Assembly: GCA_016794365.1 (NCBI GenBank)
Contig: JAEUKB010000060.1
Coordinates: forward strand, 30,613 to 94,612
Direction: 5' to 3'
Origin: Myxococcales bacterium
GTDB lineage: Bacteria > Myxococcota_A > Polyangia > Palsa-1104 > JAEUJZ01
DNA: 64,000 nucleotides
The notes beneath the pieces were generated by a model, which ran no database searches, was not told where the DNA came from, and saw nothing but the letters and a program-made list of their open reading frames with translations. Shown here piece by piece: positions 38,333 to 46,579 of this stretch (the first letter of the stretch is position 1; each line of letters begins with the position of its first letter). A program made the position numbers and the translations under genes.

Positions 38333-39799
38333 TTACTTGCTCCCTTGCTGGCTCTTCGAGGTGGCGGGGTCGCGACGCAAGATCACCACGGTGAGATCGC
38401 GGGTCGGGTTGCCGACGAACGCATGGACGACATCGAGCAGATGGTCGCGTAGCTCGGCGGCGGTGCTGGTGCGCGCAGTCTTGCGGATTTCATCGATCAG
38501 CACGTCTGCGGACAGGCGCTGATTTTGGATGTTGCGTGCGTCGGTGATGCCATCGGTCAGAAGGATCAGCGCATCACCGGGCGCCAGCTGCACCGAGCGA
38601 TCGCTGAGCGCTTCATCGAGCTGCGTGGAAACAGCCAGCCCGGCGCGATCGACTTGGATCGTCTCTACCGTGCGATTTCCGTCGCGATAGAGCAGCAGCA
38701 GCGGGAGATGGCCCGAAAACGTCACCTTGCCGCCACCGTCGTGACGCAGCAGCAGCACCGAGACCATCTGCTCGTCTTGCATCCGCTTGCGCAGACACTC
38801 GTAGAGCGACGCTGCAACCTGACGCAGCACAGCAGCGGGCGAGGCATCTTTTTTCTGGTTCAGACGCAGGCTGGCTTGCAGCAGGCTATCGACGATCACC
38901 ATCGTGAGTCCCGGCTGGACGCCACTGCCCGAGATGTTGCCGACTGCGACAAAGCCGACCTGCTCGCCTTGGTAGGTCTCGTAAAAGTCGCCGCCACCAC
39001 CGGGAGCCGGGATGATCCGGGCCGAAAACTCAAAGCCACTCATCGATGGATGAAGTGGCAGAAGCTGACTGCGCAGCCGAGCCGCCAGGGCCGCTTCTCG
39101 CTCGTGCGCGGCGGTGCTCTGTAGCTCGTCTTGGGTTCCGCGCAGCTTGCGGATCATCTGTTCCAGACCGTGCGCCACGGCGGTGAGCTCATCGTTGCCA
39201 CCGTGCGGCAAGTCCACGTCGAAGTGACCGCCCGCGACCTGCTGCATCGCCGCGAGCAGTCGTCGCACCCGACCCATCAGCAGCAGTCCCCACAGCCCCG
39301 AGATGAGCAGCGCGAGCAGTACGGCTCCGCGTCCGACGGCAAACAGCGTCGTCTGAACGGTCTTGGCTCGCTCAATGACACCATCGAGAGATCGCACCAG
39401 ACAGCCGTGACTGCTTGGCCCCAGAGAGACGGTGATGCTGCGATAACGGCTGCCAGAGATCTGCTGCTCAGAGATCTCGGTGCTGCGGCTGGCCTGACAG
39501 CGTGTCTCGACGGTGGCTTGGTCGCGTTCTAGCTCTTTGCTGAGCTTTTTGTCGCTGAGCTGACCTTCGCGAATCACCAGCCAAGACAAGCCGGGTCGCG
39601 CCAGATCCTTTAAGACCTCTTCGACCAGCTGACCCGAGCGCAGGGCATGCTGAACGATGCGTGCGTCACTGCGCAGCTCGGCATCGACTTCTTGCTGTCC
39701 GGCACGGCGCAGCGACTGAGTAAACACCCAGCTTGTGGTCGCCACCACCGTTCCTACCAGCGCCGTCGATAACAGCGCCAACTTGATCCCAAGCTTCAA
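38333..39799 (-). CDS. Membrane sensor PP2C-family Ser/Thr phosphatase (TM, periplasmic domain, TM, HAMP, SpoIIE/PP2C), paralog of the downstream gene
   Basis: 488 aa. TM1 'LALLSTALVGTVVATTSWVF'. TM2 'AVLLALLISGLWGLLLM'. HAMP 'RVRRLLAAMQQVAGGHFDVDLPHGGNDELTAVAHGLEQMIRKL'. PP2C 'GGGDFYETYQGEQVGFVAVGNISGSGVQPGL', 'LILLTDGITDARN'. 3-bp gap to the next gene. Confidence 0.85.
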   Translation of the reverse strand: MKLGIKLALLSTALVGTVVATTSWVFTQSLRRAGQQEVDAELRSDARIVQHALRSGQLVEEVLKDLARPGLSWLVIREGQLSDKKLSKELERDQATVETRCQASRSTEISEQQISGSRYRSITVSLGPSSHGCLVRSLDGVIERAKTVQTTLFAVGRGAVLLALLISGLWGLLLMGRVRRLLAAMQQVAGGHFDVDLPHGGNDELTAVAHGLEQMIRKLRGTQDELQSTAAHEREAALAARLRSQLLPLHPSMSGFEFSARIIPAPGGGGDFYETYQGEQVGFVAVGNISGSGVQPGLTMVIVDSLLQASLRLNQKKDASPAAVLRQVAASLYECLRKRMQDEQMVSVLLLRHDGGGKVTFSGHLPLLLLYRDGNRTVETIQVDRAGLAVSTQLDEALSDRSVQLAPGDALILLTDGITDARNIQNQRLSADVLIDEIRKTARTSTAAELRDHLLDVVHAFVGNPTRDLTVVILRRDPATSKSQQGSK

Positions 39800-39894
39800 G
39801 GCATCCCCCCCGGGAAGCCCGCGAAATCCGCAAGCATCTTACAGAGATCTCTATTTAACCACTCCTTGCGGGTTTCCGTCTAGAGCCCGACTGT

Positions 39895-40611
39895 CTAACA
39901 GGCCTTCAGCGCCTGCCACAGCGGGATGAGATCGGTTACCGATAGGCTGTCACTGCGCTGGCTGCACAGCGGAACGAGCGGTAGCTTGTGACGGGCAATG
40001 TGCGCTTGCAGGTCGGTGGGAAGCGGTGCGTCGAGATCCGACTCCGCGAGGTTATAGAGCACGACGAGCGGTTTCTGCGTCAGAAGCTGCTGGCTGGCGA
40101 TCAGGCTCTGCTCCGATGACTCCAGAGACAGCTCGCGCAGGGCTTCGCCGTGATCCAGATGAGCGCGCAGCCGCCGCAGCAGTGCCTGTTCGTCCGGTCG
40201 CGGCGCTTCCCGCTGGAGCCGTCCGAGCCGTTTGTCGATCGTGGCCATATCACCGATGCGCAGCTCCGTCGCAAGATCGGTCAGCTCTCCGACCGGATCG
40301 GCAGGGCTGCCATCGCTCGACACAAAGCCGCGCACAACCTGCAACAGGACATCGACTTCGCGCATCGCCAGCATCACCTGCGCATCGAAGCTTCGGCCTG
40401 CGACGCCCGGTGGTGCAGCGACATCGACAAACACCACCTGTCGGCGAGGACGAACGACGCGAGCGGATGCAGGCTCCGTCACGGGAACTGCGGCAAAGTG
40501 GGTCTTGCCGGGGCCTTTGCCCGAGTGGCCCAGCGTGCTTTGCTGACCAGTCAGCGCGAAAAACGCAGAGGTCTTCCCGCTGCCAGGGAAGCCGACGAGA
40601 CCGACCTTCAT
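39895..40611 (-). CDS. YchF/Obg-family G-domain protein, degenerate and lacking the C-terminal TGS domain
   Basis: 238 aa. Aligns along its length to the N-terminal ~250 aa of YchF: 'MKVGLVGFPGSGKTSAFFALTG' vs 'CGIVGLPNVGKSTLFNALT'; 'VVFVDVAAPPGVAG' vs 'MEFVDIAGLVKGAS' (G3 degenerate); 'VVRGFVSSDGSPADPVGELTDLATELRIGDMATIDKRLGRLQ' vs '[46 protein letters not shown]'; 'KPLVVLYNLAESDL' vs 'KPTMYIANVNEDGF'; 'LVPLCSQ' vs 'VVPVCAA'. It stops where the YchF TGS domain would begin. Confidence 0.6.
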   Translation of the reverse strand: MKVGLVGFPGSGKTSAFFALTGQQSTLGHSGKGPGKTHFAAVPVTEPASARVVRPRRQVVFVDVAAPPGVAGRSFDAQVMLAMREVDVLLQVVRGFVSSDGSPADPVGELTDLATELRIGDMATIDKRLGRLQREAPRPDEQALLRRLRAHLDHGEALRELSLESSEQSLIASQQLLTQKPLVVLYNLAESDLDAPLPTDLQAHIARHKLPLVPLCSQRSDSLSVTDLIPLWQALKAC

Positions 40612-40687
40612 CTACGCTCCTTGCGTGGGAGAACTGTTGGCAACGCGCGTCACTCGCGTTTCGTCGCTGTGACGGCTGGGCTGGGGC

Positions 40688-41197
40688 TTACAGACCGAGC
40701 AGCTTGTCGATGTCCTTTTGGCTCATGTCCGGCTTCTTCTTCGGAGGCGGAGCCGCCGGAGCTGCCGACGCAGGCTTGTCAGCCTTGGCCGATTTTTCAG
40801 ACTTGTCCGACTTTTCGGACTTCTTGTGCGACTTCTTCTTCTTTTCGGTCTTTTCGCCGTCGTCCTTGTCGCCTTTGTCAGCTTCCGCTGCGGCGGCAGG
40901 CTTGTCGGCAGCTGGCTTGGCATCGGTGGCTGGCGCGGCAGTCGGTGCCACAGTCGGTGCGTCGCCTTGCGCCGGTGGATTGGCCGCTGGAGTCGTCGTT
41001 GCCACCACGGGCGGCGATCGCTTGGACACGACGACTGCCACGGTGGTGCCAATGCCGACCAGCATGAAGGCGATCATGCCGACGACAAGCCAAACCCAGG
41101 AAGGAACGGAGCTTTGAGGGACTGGGGCAAAGGGATCTCGCGCCATGGTGGCGAATACTCCTAAACGGTGAATGCGCTGCTCTTCGCTAGCGAGCAA
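40688..41197 (-). CDS. Membrane-anchored protein with Pro/Ala/Thr linker and Lys/Asp/Glu/Ser-rich repetitive tail
   Basis: TM 'VWLVVGMIAFMLVGIGTTVAVVV'. Tail 'DKGDKDDGEKTEKKKKSHKKSEKSDKSEKSAKADK', with matching short direct DNA repeats ('gacttgtccgacttttcggacttcttgtgcgacttcttc'). A Lys-rich product is unlikely by chance in a 65% GC genome. Confidence 0.45.
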   Translation of the reverse strand: MLASEEQRIHRLGVFATMARDPFAPVPQSSVPSWVWLVVGMIAFMLVGIGTTVAVVVSKRSPPVVATTTPAANPPAQGDAPTVAPTAAPATDAKPAADKPAAAAEADKGDKDDGEKTEKKKKSHKKSEKSDKSEKSAKADKPASAAPAAPPPKKKPDMSQKDIDKLLGL

Positions 41198-41418
41198 TTA
41201 CTATACCGACGTTTTGCTTCCTCGACCTGCTGTTTTCAGTCGGTGCGCATGGGATGGGTTTTGCATGCACCAACTGGGGTCTTCTGACCGTAGCGAGTCG
41301 GGACGGTCGTGGGGCACCCTGCCGCGCATGCTCGCAGAAACGGACGCGCTGGCCTTTGTCTCGTTTTCCCTGGGCCTTTGGCTTGAGCTACGGCTTTGGG
41401 CTGGTATGCTGCTCGCCC

Positions 41419-42561
41419 GTGCCGACAGAAGCTCTCGCAGAAGTTTGGACCGTTCGTCGCGTTTTGGCCTGGACGCAGCAGCGTTTTGCGCAAAGCGGGC
41501 TCCAGTCGCCGAGGCTGGACGCCGAGATCCTTTTGTCGCACAGCCTGGGCAAGACCCGCGTCGGACTGTATCTGTGCTTCGAGCAGCCTCTCATCGACAG
41601 TGAGCTGGCAGACTTTCGGGCGCTGATTCGACGCAGGCTGGCCGGTGAACCGATTGCCTATCTGATCGGACAGCGCGAGTTTTATTCGCTTGCGCTGCAT
41701 GTCTCTCCGTCGGTGCTGATTCCGCGTCCCGAGACAGAGCTGCTGGTCGAAGAAGCACTGCGACGGATTGACGAAGCCCGGCGTGGGTCCGCTTCGCTGC
41801 CCGACGATTCCACAGAAGCTTCCGCAAGCGAAGCGCAGGGCGAGGCGACGGCAGAAGCTGAAGCCGTTCACGCGATGGCCGAGCCCGGTGTTCCGGTGAC
41901 GGTTGAATACGATCCTCTTCCCGTGGAATCAGCGACGGATGTAGATCAGACCGATGCAGCGGAGCCAGCCGCGAGCGCACAAGTAGAAGCGTCAGACGTT
42001 CAGACGGAAGTCACGGCTTCAGAACCGGAACATCCCACGCTGACGGTGCTGGATGTCGGAACGGGCAGTGGTGCGATTGCGCTGGCGGTCAAGCATGAGC
42101 GTCCATCGGTGAAGATGCTTGCGATCGATCGCAGTGCAGACGCGCTGGCGGTGGCCAAGCAGAACGCGGACAAGCTGGGCGTCGCAGTTGAGTTTGTTCA
42201 GAGCGACTTGCTGACCTCGCTGCCGTCTGCGGTCACGGTGGATCTGCTGCTTGCTAACCTTCCGTACATTCCGACGGCGGATATCGCGGGTCTGTCCAAA
42301 GATGTGCTGAGCGAGCCGCACCTCGCGCTCGACGGTGGCAGCGATGGACTGCGGTTGGTTGAGCGCTTGATTGAGCAAGCGCCGCGTCGGATGCGTCCCG
42401 GTGGTTCGATCTTGCTAGAGATTGGTCAGGGACAAGCGCCCCTCGTGGAGTCGATGCTGCGACGAGCGGGCTTTGTCGATGTGCGAAGCGAAAAAGACTT
42501 GGCGGGAATCGAGCGACTGGTCTGCGGTCGGGTTCCCGTATCGGTTCGGAGGCCTTCATGA
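41419..42561 (+). CDS. prmC: Release-factor glutamine N5-methyltransferase (PrmC/HemK) with a ~90-aa acidic insertion
   Basis: 'VWTVRRVLAWTQQRFAQSGLQSPRLDAEILLSHSLG' (PrmC N-domain). 'LIPRPETELLVEEAL'. 'VLDVGTGSGAIALAV' (SAM motif I). 'LLLANLPYIP' (an NPPY-type motif). An Asp/Glu/Ala-rich ~90-aa insertion sits between the N-domain and motif I. A GTG at 41419 is proposed as the start; the track ORF begins at 41254 with an improbable N-terminus. Confidence 0.75.
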   Translation: MPTEALAEVWTVRRVLAWTQQRFAQSGLQSPRLDAEILLSHSLGKTRVGLYLCFEQPLIDSELADFRALIRRRLAGEPIAYLIGQREFYSLALHVSPSVLIPRPETELLVEEALRRIDEARRGSASLPDDSTEASASEAQGEATAEAEAVHAMAEPGVPVTVEYDPLPVESATDVDQTDAAEPAASAQVEASDVQTEVTASEPEHPTLTVLDVGTGSGAIALAVKHERPSVKMLAIDRSADALAVAKQNADKLGVAVEFVQSDLLTSLPSAVTVDLLLANLPYIPTADIAGLSKDVLSEPHLALDGGSDGLRLVERLIEQAPRRMRPGGSILLEIGQGQAPLVESMLRRAGFVDVRSEKDLAGIERLVCGRVPVSVRRPS

Positions 42562-43259
42562 GCGAGCTACAGGCAGGCTGGATGCTGTCGCTGGTGCTTG
42601 GGGCGCGGCATGCTTTGGAGCCCGATCATGTGGCAGCGGTGACGACGCTGATCACCACAGAGCGGGGACGACCGGCGGCGCTCGGGATGTGGTGGGGTGT
42701 GGGCCATGCGCTGGCTCTGTTTTTGGTGGCAACGGCGCTGTCGCTGCTTCAGCGGCAGCTTTCCACCGAGTGGGAGGATCGCTGCGAGCTGCTGGTGGCG
42801 GCGATGCTGATCGTGCTGGGTGTGCGTGCGGTGTACCTGGTGTGGGCGGCTGTACGCGAAGGGGGTCAAGGTCGCCTGCACTTTCATGCGCACGGCGATG
42901 CAAACCACGCTCACTCGGGGCCGGTCTGGCACGTTCACATTGGCGGACTGACGCTGTCGCAGCGACCGCTGGTGGTTGGGCTGGTTCACGGCTTGGCTGG
43001 CTCGGGCGCGCTGACGGCGCTGGTCTCGGCAAAGATGCCGGGCATGTGGGACCGACTGGCGTATGTGTCGCTGTTTGGGATTGGCTCGATGCTGGGCATG
43101 GGCGCGCTTGCGGGGCTTTTGGGCTGGCCGCTGTCGCGCTGGCTGGTTGCTCGGCCCGTGGCTGGTCAGCTTCTCACGGTGCTGGCGGGTGTGATGTCGA
43201 TTGGGCTCGGCGTTCTATGGAGCGTTCCCATCGTCGATCGTCTGCTGGTCGGTCGCTAG
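42558..43259 (+). CDS. Ni/Co-type metal transporter-like membrane protein (HoxN/NicO/UreH-like) with His-rich loop
   Basis: 233 aa, ~6 TM. 'LGARHALEPDHVAAVTTL' (the HA-x-D/E-x-DH signature shared by Ni/Co transporters). Central loop 'HFHAHGDANHAHSGPVWHVH'. Second-half repeat 'GLVHGLAGSGALTAL'. Its ATG overlaps the prmC stop (ATGA). Confidence 0.6.
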   Translation: MSELQAGWMLSLVLGARHALEPDHVAAVTTLITTERGRPAALGMWWGVGHALALFLVATALSLLQRQLSTEWEDRCELLVAAMLIVLGVRAVYLVWAAVREGGQGRLHFHAHGDANHAHSGPVWHVHIGGLTLSQRPLVVGLVHGLAGSGALTALVSAKMPGMWDRLAYVSLFGIGSMLGMGALAGLLGWPLSRWLVARPVAGQLLTVLAGVMSIGLGVLWSVPIVDRLLVGR

Positions 43260-43269
43260 GGTGCGCGTC

Positions 43270-44502
43270 ATGAGCCTGAAGATGAACTGCGTGTGGGGCC
43301 TGCTGCTGGGTCTACTGCTGCCGCTGCGTGCGCTTGCGGATGCTCAGGTCAAGCCGCTGACGGATGTGGTGGCAAAGCCGCTGGCCACGGCGGTCTGGTC
43401 GGCTCCTCCGGCTGAAGCGCTGCCTGCGCCGCTGGGTCAGGCCACCTTGGGCAAGCTGCGCTTTGTGGAGCCGGGACCGATTCGCCAAGCGGCAGCGCAG
43501 GTGGTTGCGGGACGGGCGGCGCTTGTGAACCTGCGCTGTGCGGACTCTCTGCCTGCGATGCGCAAGGCGGCGGAAGCGCTGCTCGATGATGTGCCGTCGG
43601 CGGTTGCGCAGCCGATGGTGCGGGATCTGTTTGGCGTGCTGCTCTTGTGTGCGGACCGAATTGGCGATGTGCCGTCGGCGGAGCGCGCTGCCACGGTGCT
43701 GTCTGCGCAGAGCGAGCCGCTGCCTACCGACTTGGCGCTGATCATGCCTCGCTATCAACATGGGACGCCGTTTGGTCCGCCGCGTGCGCCGGTGCGCGTC
43801 GAAAGTGATCCACCGGGAGCAACGGTGATTCGCAACACCCAAGTCCTGGGGACGGCTCCGCTTTGGGTCGATGGTGGGCGGCCTGATGTCGATGTGCTCT
43901 ACGTCGAGCAGCCGGGGATGCGCAAGGTGCGGCGTCCGCTCGGTAGTGGAGAGACGCTGTTTCTGTCGCTGCGACCCGAAGATCGGCTGCCGCTGCTGTT
44001 GGATCAGGTTGCGAGCCTGCCCCTCGGGAGTGATGCGCAAGCGGCGCTGCTCAAAGAGTTATCGGCGTCTGCGGCGGTGGCGACACAGCTTGGCGGGAAG
44101 CTGCTGATCTTTGGGCCGAAGGTCAAAGAAGGTGCGCCGGTTGCCGGTGAGTCGCTGCTGGCCCGCGTCTATGACTTGGATCGTCGAGACTGGCTCGGTC
44201 CTGTGTCTGAAGTGGCGATTGGAAATCCGGCGGCCCAAGCTGATGCGCTGCTTGCCCTCGCGGCGGGAACGGCGGCGCAGGCACAGGTGACGAGCGCTCC
44301 TGCGACGGCAAGTCCGGCACCCAAGGCGGTGGCGGCGAAGGCTCCGGCGGATGACAAGAAGTCGAGTGGCTGGAAGCTGCCGTTTGCGAAGACCAAGTGG
44401 TACACCTGGGTCGTCGCTGGTGGCGTCGCGGCTCTCATCGGTGGACTGCTGATCGCCGAGCGCTTTTCGTCTGAAAAGATCACGGTCACAGCGACGCATT
44501 GA
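43270..44502 (+). CDS. Secreted PEGA-domain protein with C-terminal TM anchor
   Basis: 'MSLKMNCVWGLLLGLLLPLRALADA' signal. PEGA-like 'VRVESDPPGATVIRNTQVLGTAPLWVD'. C-terminal TM 'WYTWVVAGGVAALIGGLLIA'. Confidence 0.5.
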   Translation: MSLKMNCVWGLLLGLLLPLRALADAQVKPLTDVVAKPLATAVWSAPPAEALPAPLGQATLGKLRFVEPGPIRQAAAQVVAGRAALVNLRCADSLPAMRKAAEALLDDVPSAVAQPMVRDLFGVLLLCADRIGDVPSAERAATVLSAQSEPLPTDLALIMPRYQHGTPFGPPRAPVRVESDPPGATVIRNTQVLGTAPLWVDGGRPDVDVLYVEQPGMRKVRRPLGSGETLFLSLRPEDRLPLLLDQVASLPLGSDAQAALLKELSASAAVATQLGGKLLIFGPKVKEGAPVAGESLLARVYDLDRRDWLGPVSEVAIGNPAAQADALLALAAGTAAQAQVTSAPATASPAPKAVAAKAPADDKKSSGWKLPFAKTKWYTWVVAGGVAALIGGLLIAERFSSEKITVTATH

Positions 44503-44558
44503 GCGCGCTGCAGTTGCGGGTTCGAGCGGGATGTGTCAGCTCGGCAGTCCCGACGGAG

Positions 44559-46508
44559 CTACTTGGACTCTGACTTGTCTTTGGCGTCGGGTCTTGCGTC
44601 AGGCTTTGCGTCAAGTTTGTCGGTGGGATTTTGCTTCAACCACTGCTTGGCGCGGCCGCGAGTGAGCGCGCCTTCGAGATCGACGACGTTGCGCTTGCTC
44701 AGCTCTTCCATCAGCGTGCGTGCTTTGGGCAGATCGAGCTGTTCGCCCGGCTTGCCACCGCCGAGTGCCAGTGCCAGGGCCCAGCGACTGGTCGGTCGGG
44801 TGCTGTTCGACAGATGTGCGACGACTTCCTGACGATCGCCACTGCGAGCTGCCAAGTCACCGCGCAGATCCTCGGCCATTCGCTGACCGAGCTTGCCTTT
44901 GAGTGTCTTTTCGATCTCATCGGCACGCTGGGTGGCCAGCTCTCGCTCTCCGACGGAATGAAGCAGCAGCGCGCGCAGCCACAGCAGGTCGGCGCGGTAG
45001 CGGTTCTTTTCATCGTCGCTGAGCGTTGGAGCCGCTTTGTCGAGCAGCGCTTTGTCCGCTGGCTTGGCCGCGTCGGTCTTGGCGTCTTTTCCAATCGACG
45101 AGCTGTCGGTTGCGTCGAGCTGTTCGCGAATGAGCGGCAGCGTCTTGGCGGCTTCCGTCACTGCACCGCGCTCTAGCTGAAGCCGTGCAAGCTCCAGCAG
45201 CGTCTGCACTTCATCGCTGCGACGGTTGAGCTTCTTGGACAGCTCCAGCTCGCCTTGCAGGTCTTTTTCCGCGTCGAGCAGCGTCTTGCTCGTGGGAATG
45301 CCAAGCCCTTCATACAGTCGGGTTCGCGACAGCCTGAGCGCTGCATCGTGATGTTCCGTCGGATCGGGCGACGACAAAAGCGCGGTATAGGCTCTGCGCG
45401 CGAGCGGTAGGTTGCCTTGCAAAAGCAGCGCATCACCCAGACGGAAGTTGCCGCGCAGAAACTTGGCATCCAGCTCGATGGCTTTGCGCGCGGACTCGAC
45501 GGCCAGACCGAGATCCCCTTTGCGTAGATGCAAGATGGCCTGCGAGTCGAGCGCGTTGGCTTCTTTGGGATGCAGCTCGACGTACCTGGCAAACTGTTTC
45601 TGCGCATCATCTACGTTGTCGCGACGCAGCAGGAGGTGCCCGAGCGCGTTGTGCGCCGGACCGAACTTTTCGTCTAGCTCGATGGCCTTGCGAAAGTCGG
45701 TCTGCGCTCCGTCGAGATCACCGAACCGATAGCGCAAAAGACCTCGGTAATAGTAGGCCCGCTTTTCGCCGGGAAGCTGCGCAACCAGCGCCTCGAACAC
45801 CGCCTTGGCTACCTGGCGCTGATCTTCGGCGAGCGCAACCAGTCCATCGACGAACAATCGCTCCCCTTCGCTGAGCGTGCGCGGGGATTCCTTGGCCGCC
45901 GTGATGTGCTTTTTCTGTACCGTCGGTGAGATGCTGGCCTGCGAGAGCAGCGCGTGAGCCAGCGTCAGCTTGTCGTCTTTGTCGAGCGCATCGGCGCAGC
46001 GCAGACGGACCAGCTCCGTGCGGAAGTGATCGAGCGCATCAAAGCAGCTCGACAGCGCGGTGCGTGACTCCTCGTTGTTCGTCGTAAACGTCAGCTTGGC
46101 GTCGGGCTTGGGCACAGCGGGGCTTGCACCTGGATACGGCTGCGTCGGCTGCTGGCTGGGATCCATCGGTGCGCCTGGCTGCGGTGCTGGCTGACCTGGA
46201 TATGGCTGCGCGCTCGGATACTGACCCGGATAAGGCTGACCCTGATAAGGCTGACCCTGATAAGGCTGCTGATAAGGCTGACCTTGGTAAGGCTGACCTT
46301 GGTAAGGCTGACCCGGATAAGGCTGCTGATAAGGCTGACCCGGATAAGGCTGACCTTGGTACGGCTGCTGGTACGGCTGCGCGCCCGGCGGTGGCTGATA
46401 GCTCGGCGGCGGGTAGTTTCCGTACTGCGGGTCTTGCTGCGCGTGGGTAACAGAGGGCAGGGCACACAGCAGTGCCACAAGTCCCCAAGGATGGGTCGAT
46501 CGTTTCAT
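44559..46508 (-). CDS. Secreted TPR-repeat protein with N-terminal Pro/Tyr/Gln-rich tandem repeat region
   Basis: Start 'MKRSTHPWGLVALLCALPSVTHA' (ATG at 46508). About 25 copies of 'PYQGQ/PYPGQ/PYQQ'. At least 8 TPR units follow ('AKAVFEALVAQLP...YYYRGLLRYRFGDLDGAQTDFRKAIELD...'). Confidence 0.6.
   Translation of the reverse strand: MKRSTHPWGLVALLCALPSVTHAQQDPQYGNYPPPSYQPPPGAQPYQQPYQGQPYPGQPYQQPYPGQPYQGQPYQGQPYQQPYQGQPYQGQPYPGQYPSAQPYPGQPAPQPGAPMDPSQQPTQPYPGASPAVPKPDAKLTFTTNNEESRTALSSCFDALDHFRTELVRLRCADALDKDDKLTLAHALLSQASISPTVQKKHITAAKESPRTLSEGERLFVDGLVALAEDQRQVAKAVFEALVAQLPGEKRAYYYRGLLRYRFGDLDGAQTDFRKAIELDEKFGPAHNALGHLLLRRDNVDDAQKQFARYVELHPKEANALDSQAILHLRKGDLGLAVESARKAIELDAKFLRGNFRLGDALLLQGNLPLARRAYTALLSSPDPTEHHDAALRLSRTRLYEGLGIPTSKTLLDAEKDLQGELELSKKLNRRSDEVQTLLELARLQLERGAVTEAAKTLPLIREQLDATDSSSIGKDAKTDAAKPADKALLDKAAPTLSDDEKNRYRADLLWLRALLLHSVGERELATQRADEIEKTLKGKLGQRMAEDLRGDLAARSGDRQEVVAHLSNSTRPTSRWALALALGGGKPGEQLDLPKARTLMEELSKRNVVDLEGALTRGRAKQWLKQNPTDKLDAKPDARPDAKDKSESK
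46190..46385. repeat. Imperfect 15-bp tandem DNA repeat (~13 units of ggctgaccYKgRtaa) encoding the (P-Y-Q/P-G-Q) repeats
   Basis: Visible directly: 'ggctgaccctgataaggctgaccctgataaggctgctgataaggctgaccttggtaaggctgaccttggtaaggctgacccggataagg...'. Confidence 0.8.
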
Positions 46509-46579
46509 GGTGAAGCCTCGCTGCGCTACGGATCTACTACGCACGGGGTCGCACAGGGTCAACGAGAGGTCGCTCGTTG

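Noticed and set aside
36905-39124. Plus-strand ORFs of 314, 169 and 199 aa
   Set aside because: Antisense to the two HAMP-PP2C phosphatase genes, whose motifs are unambiguous.
40026-41117. Plus-strand ORFs of 363 and 305 aa
   Set aside because: Antisense to the YchF-like and Lys-rich genes. Arg/Ala/Ser-rich with no domain features.
44500-44560. 'gcgggttcgagcgggatg', which looked like a tRNA T-arm
   Set aside because: No acceptor or anticodon stems could be built around it. This is intergenic sequence between convergent genes.
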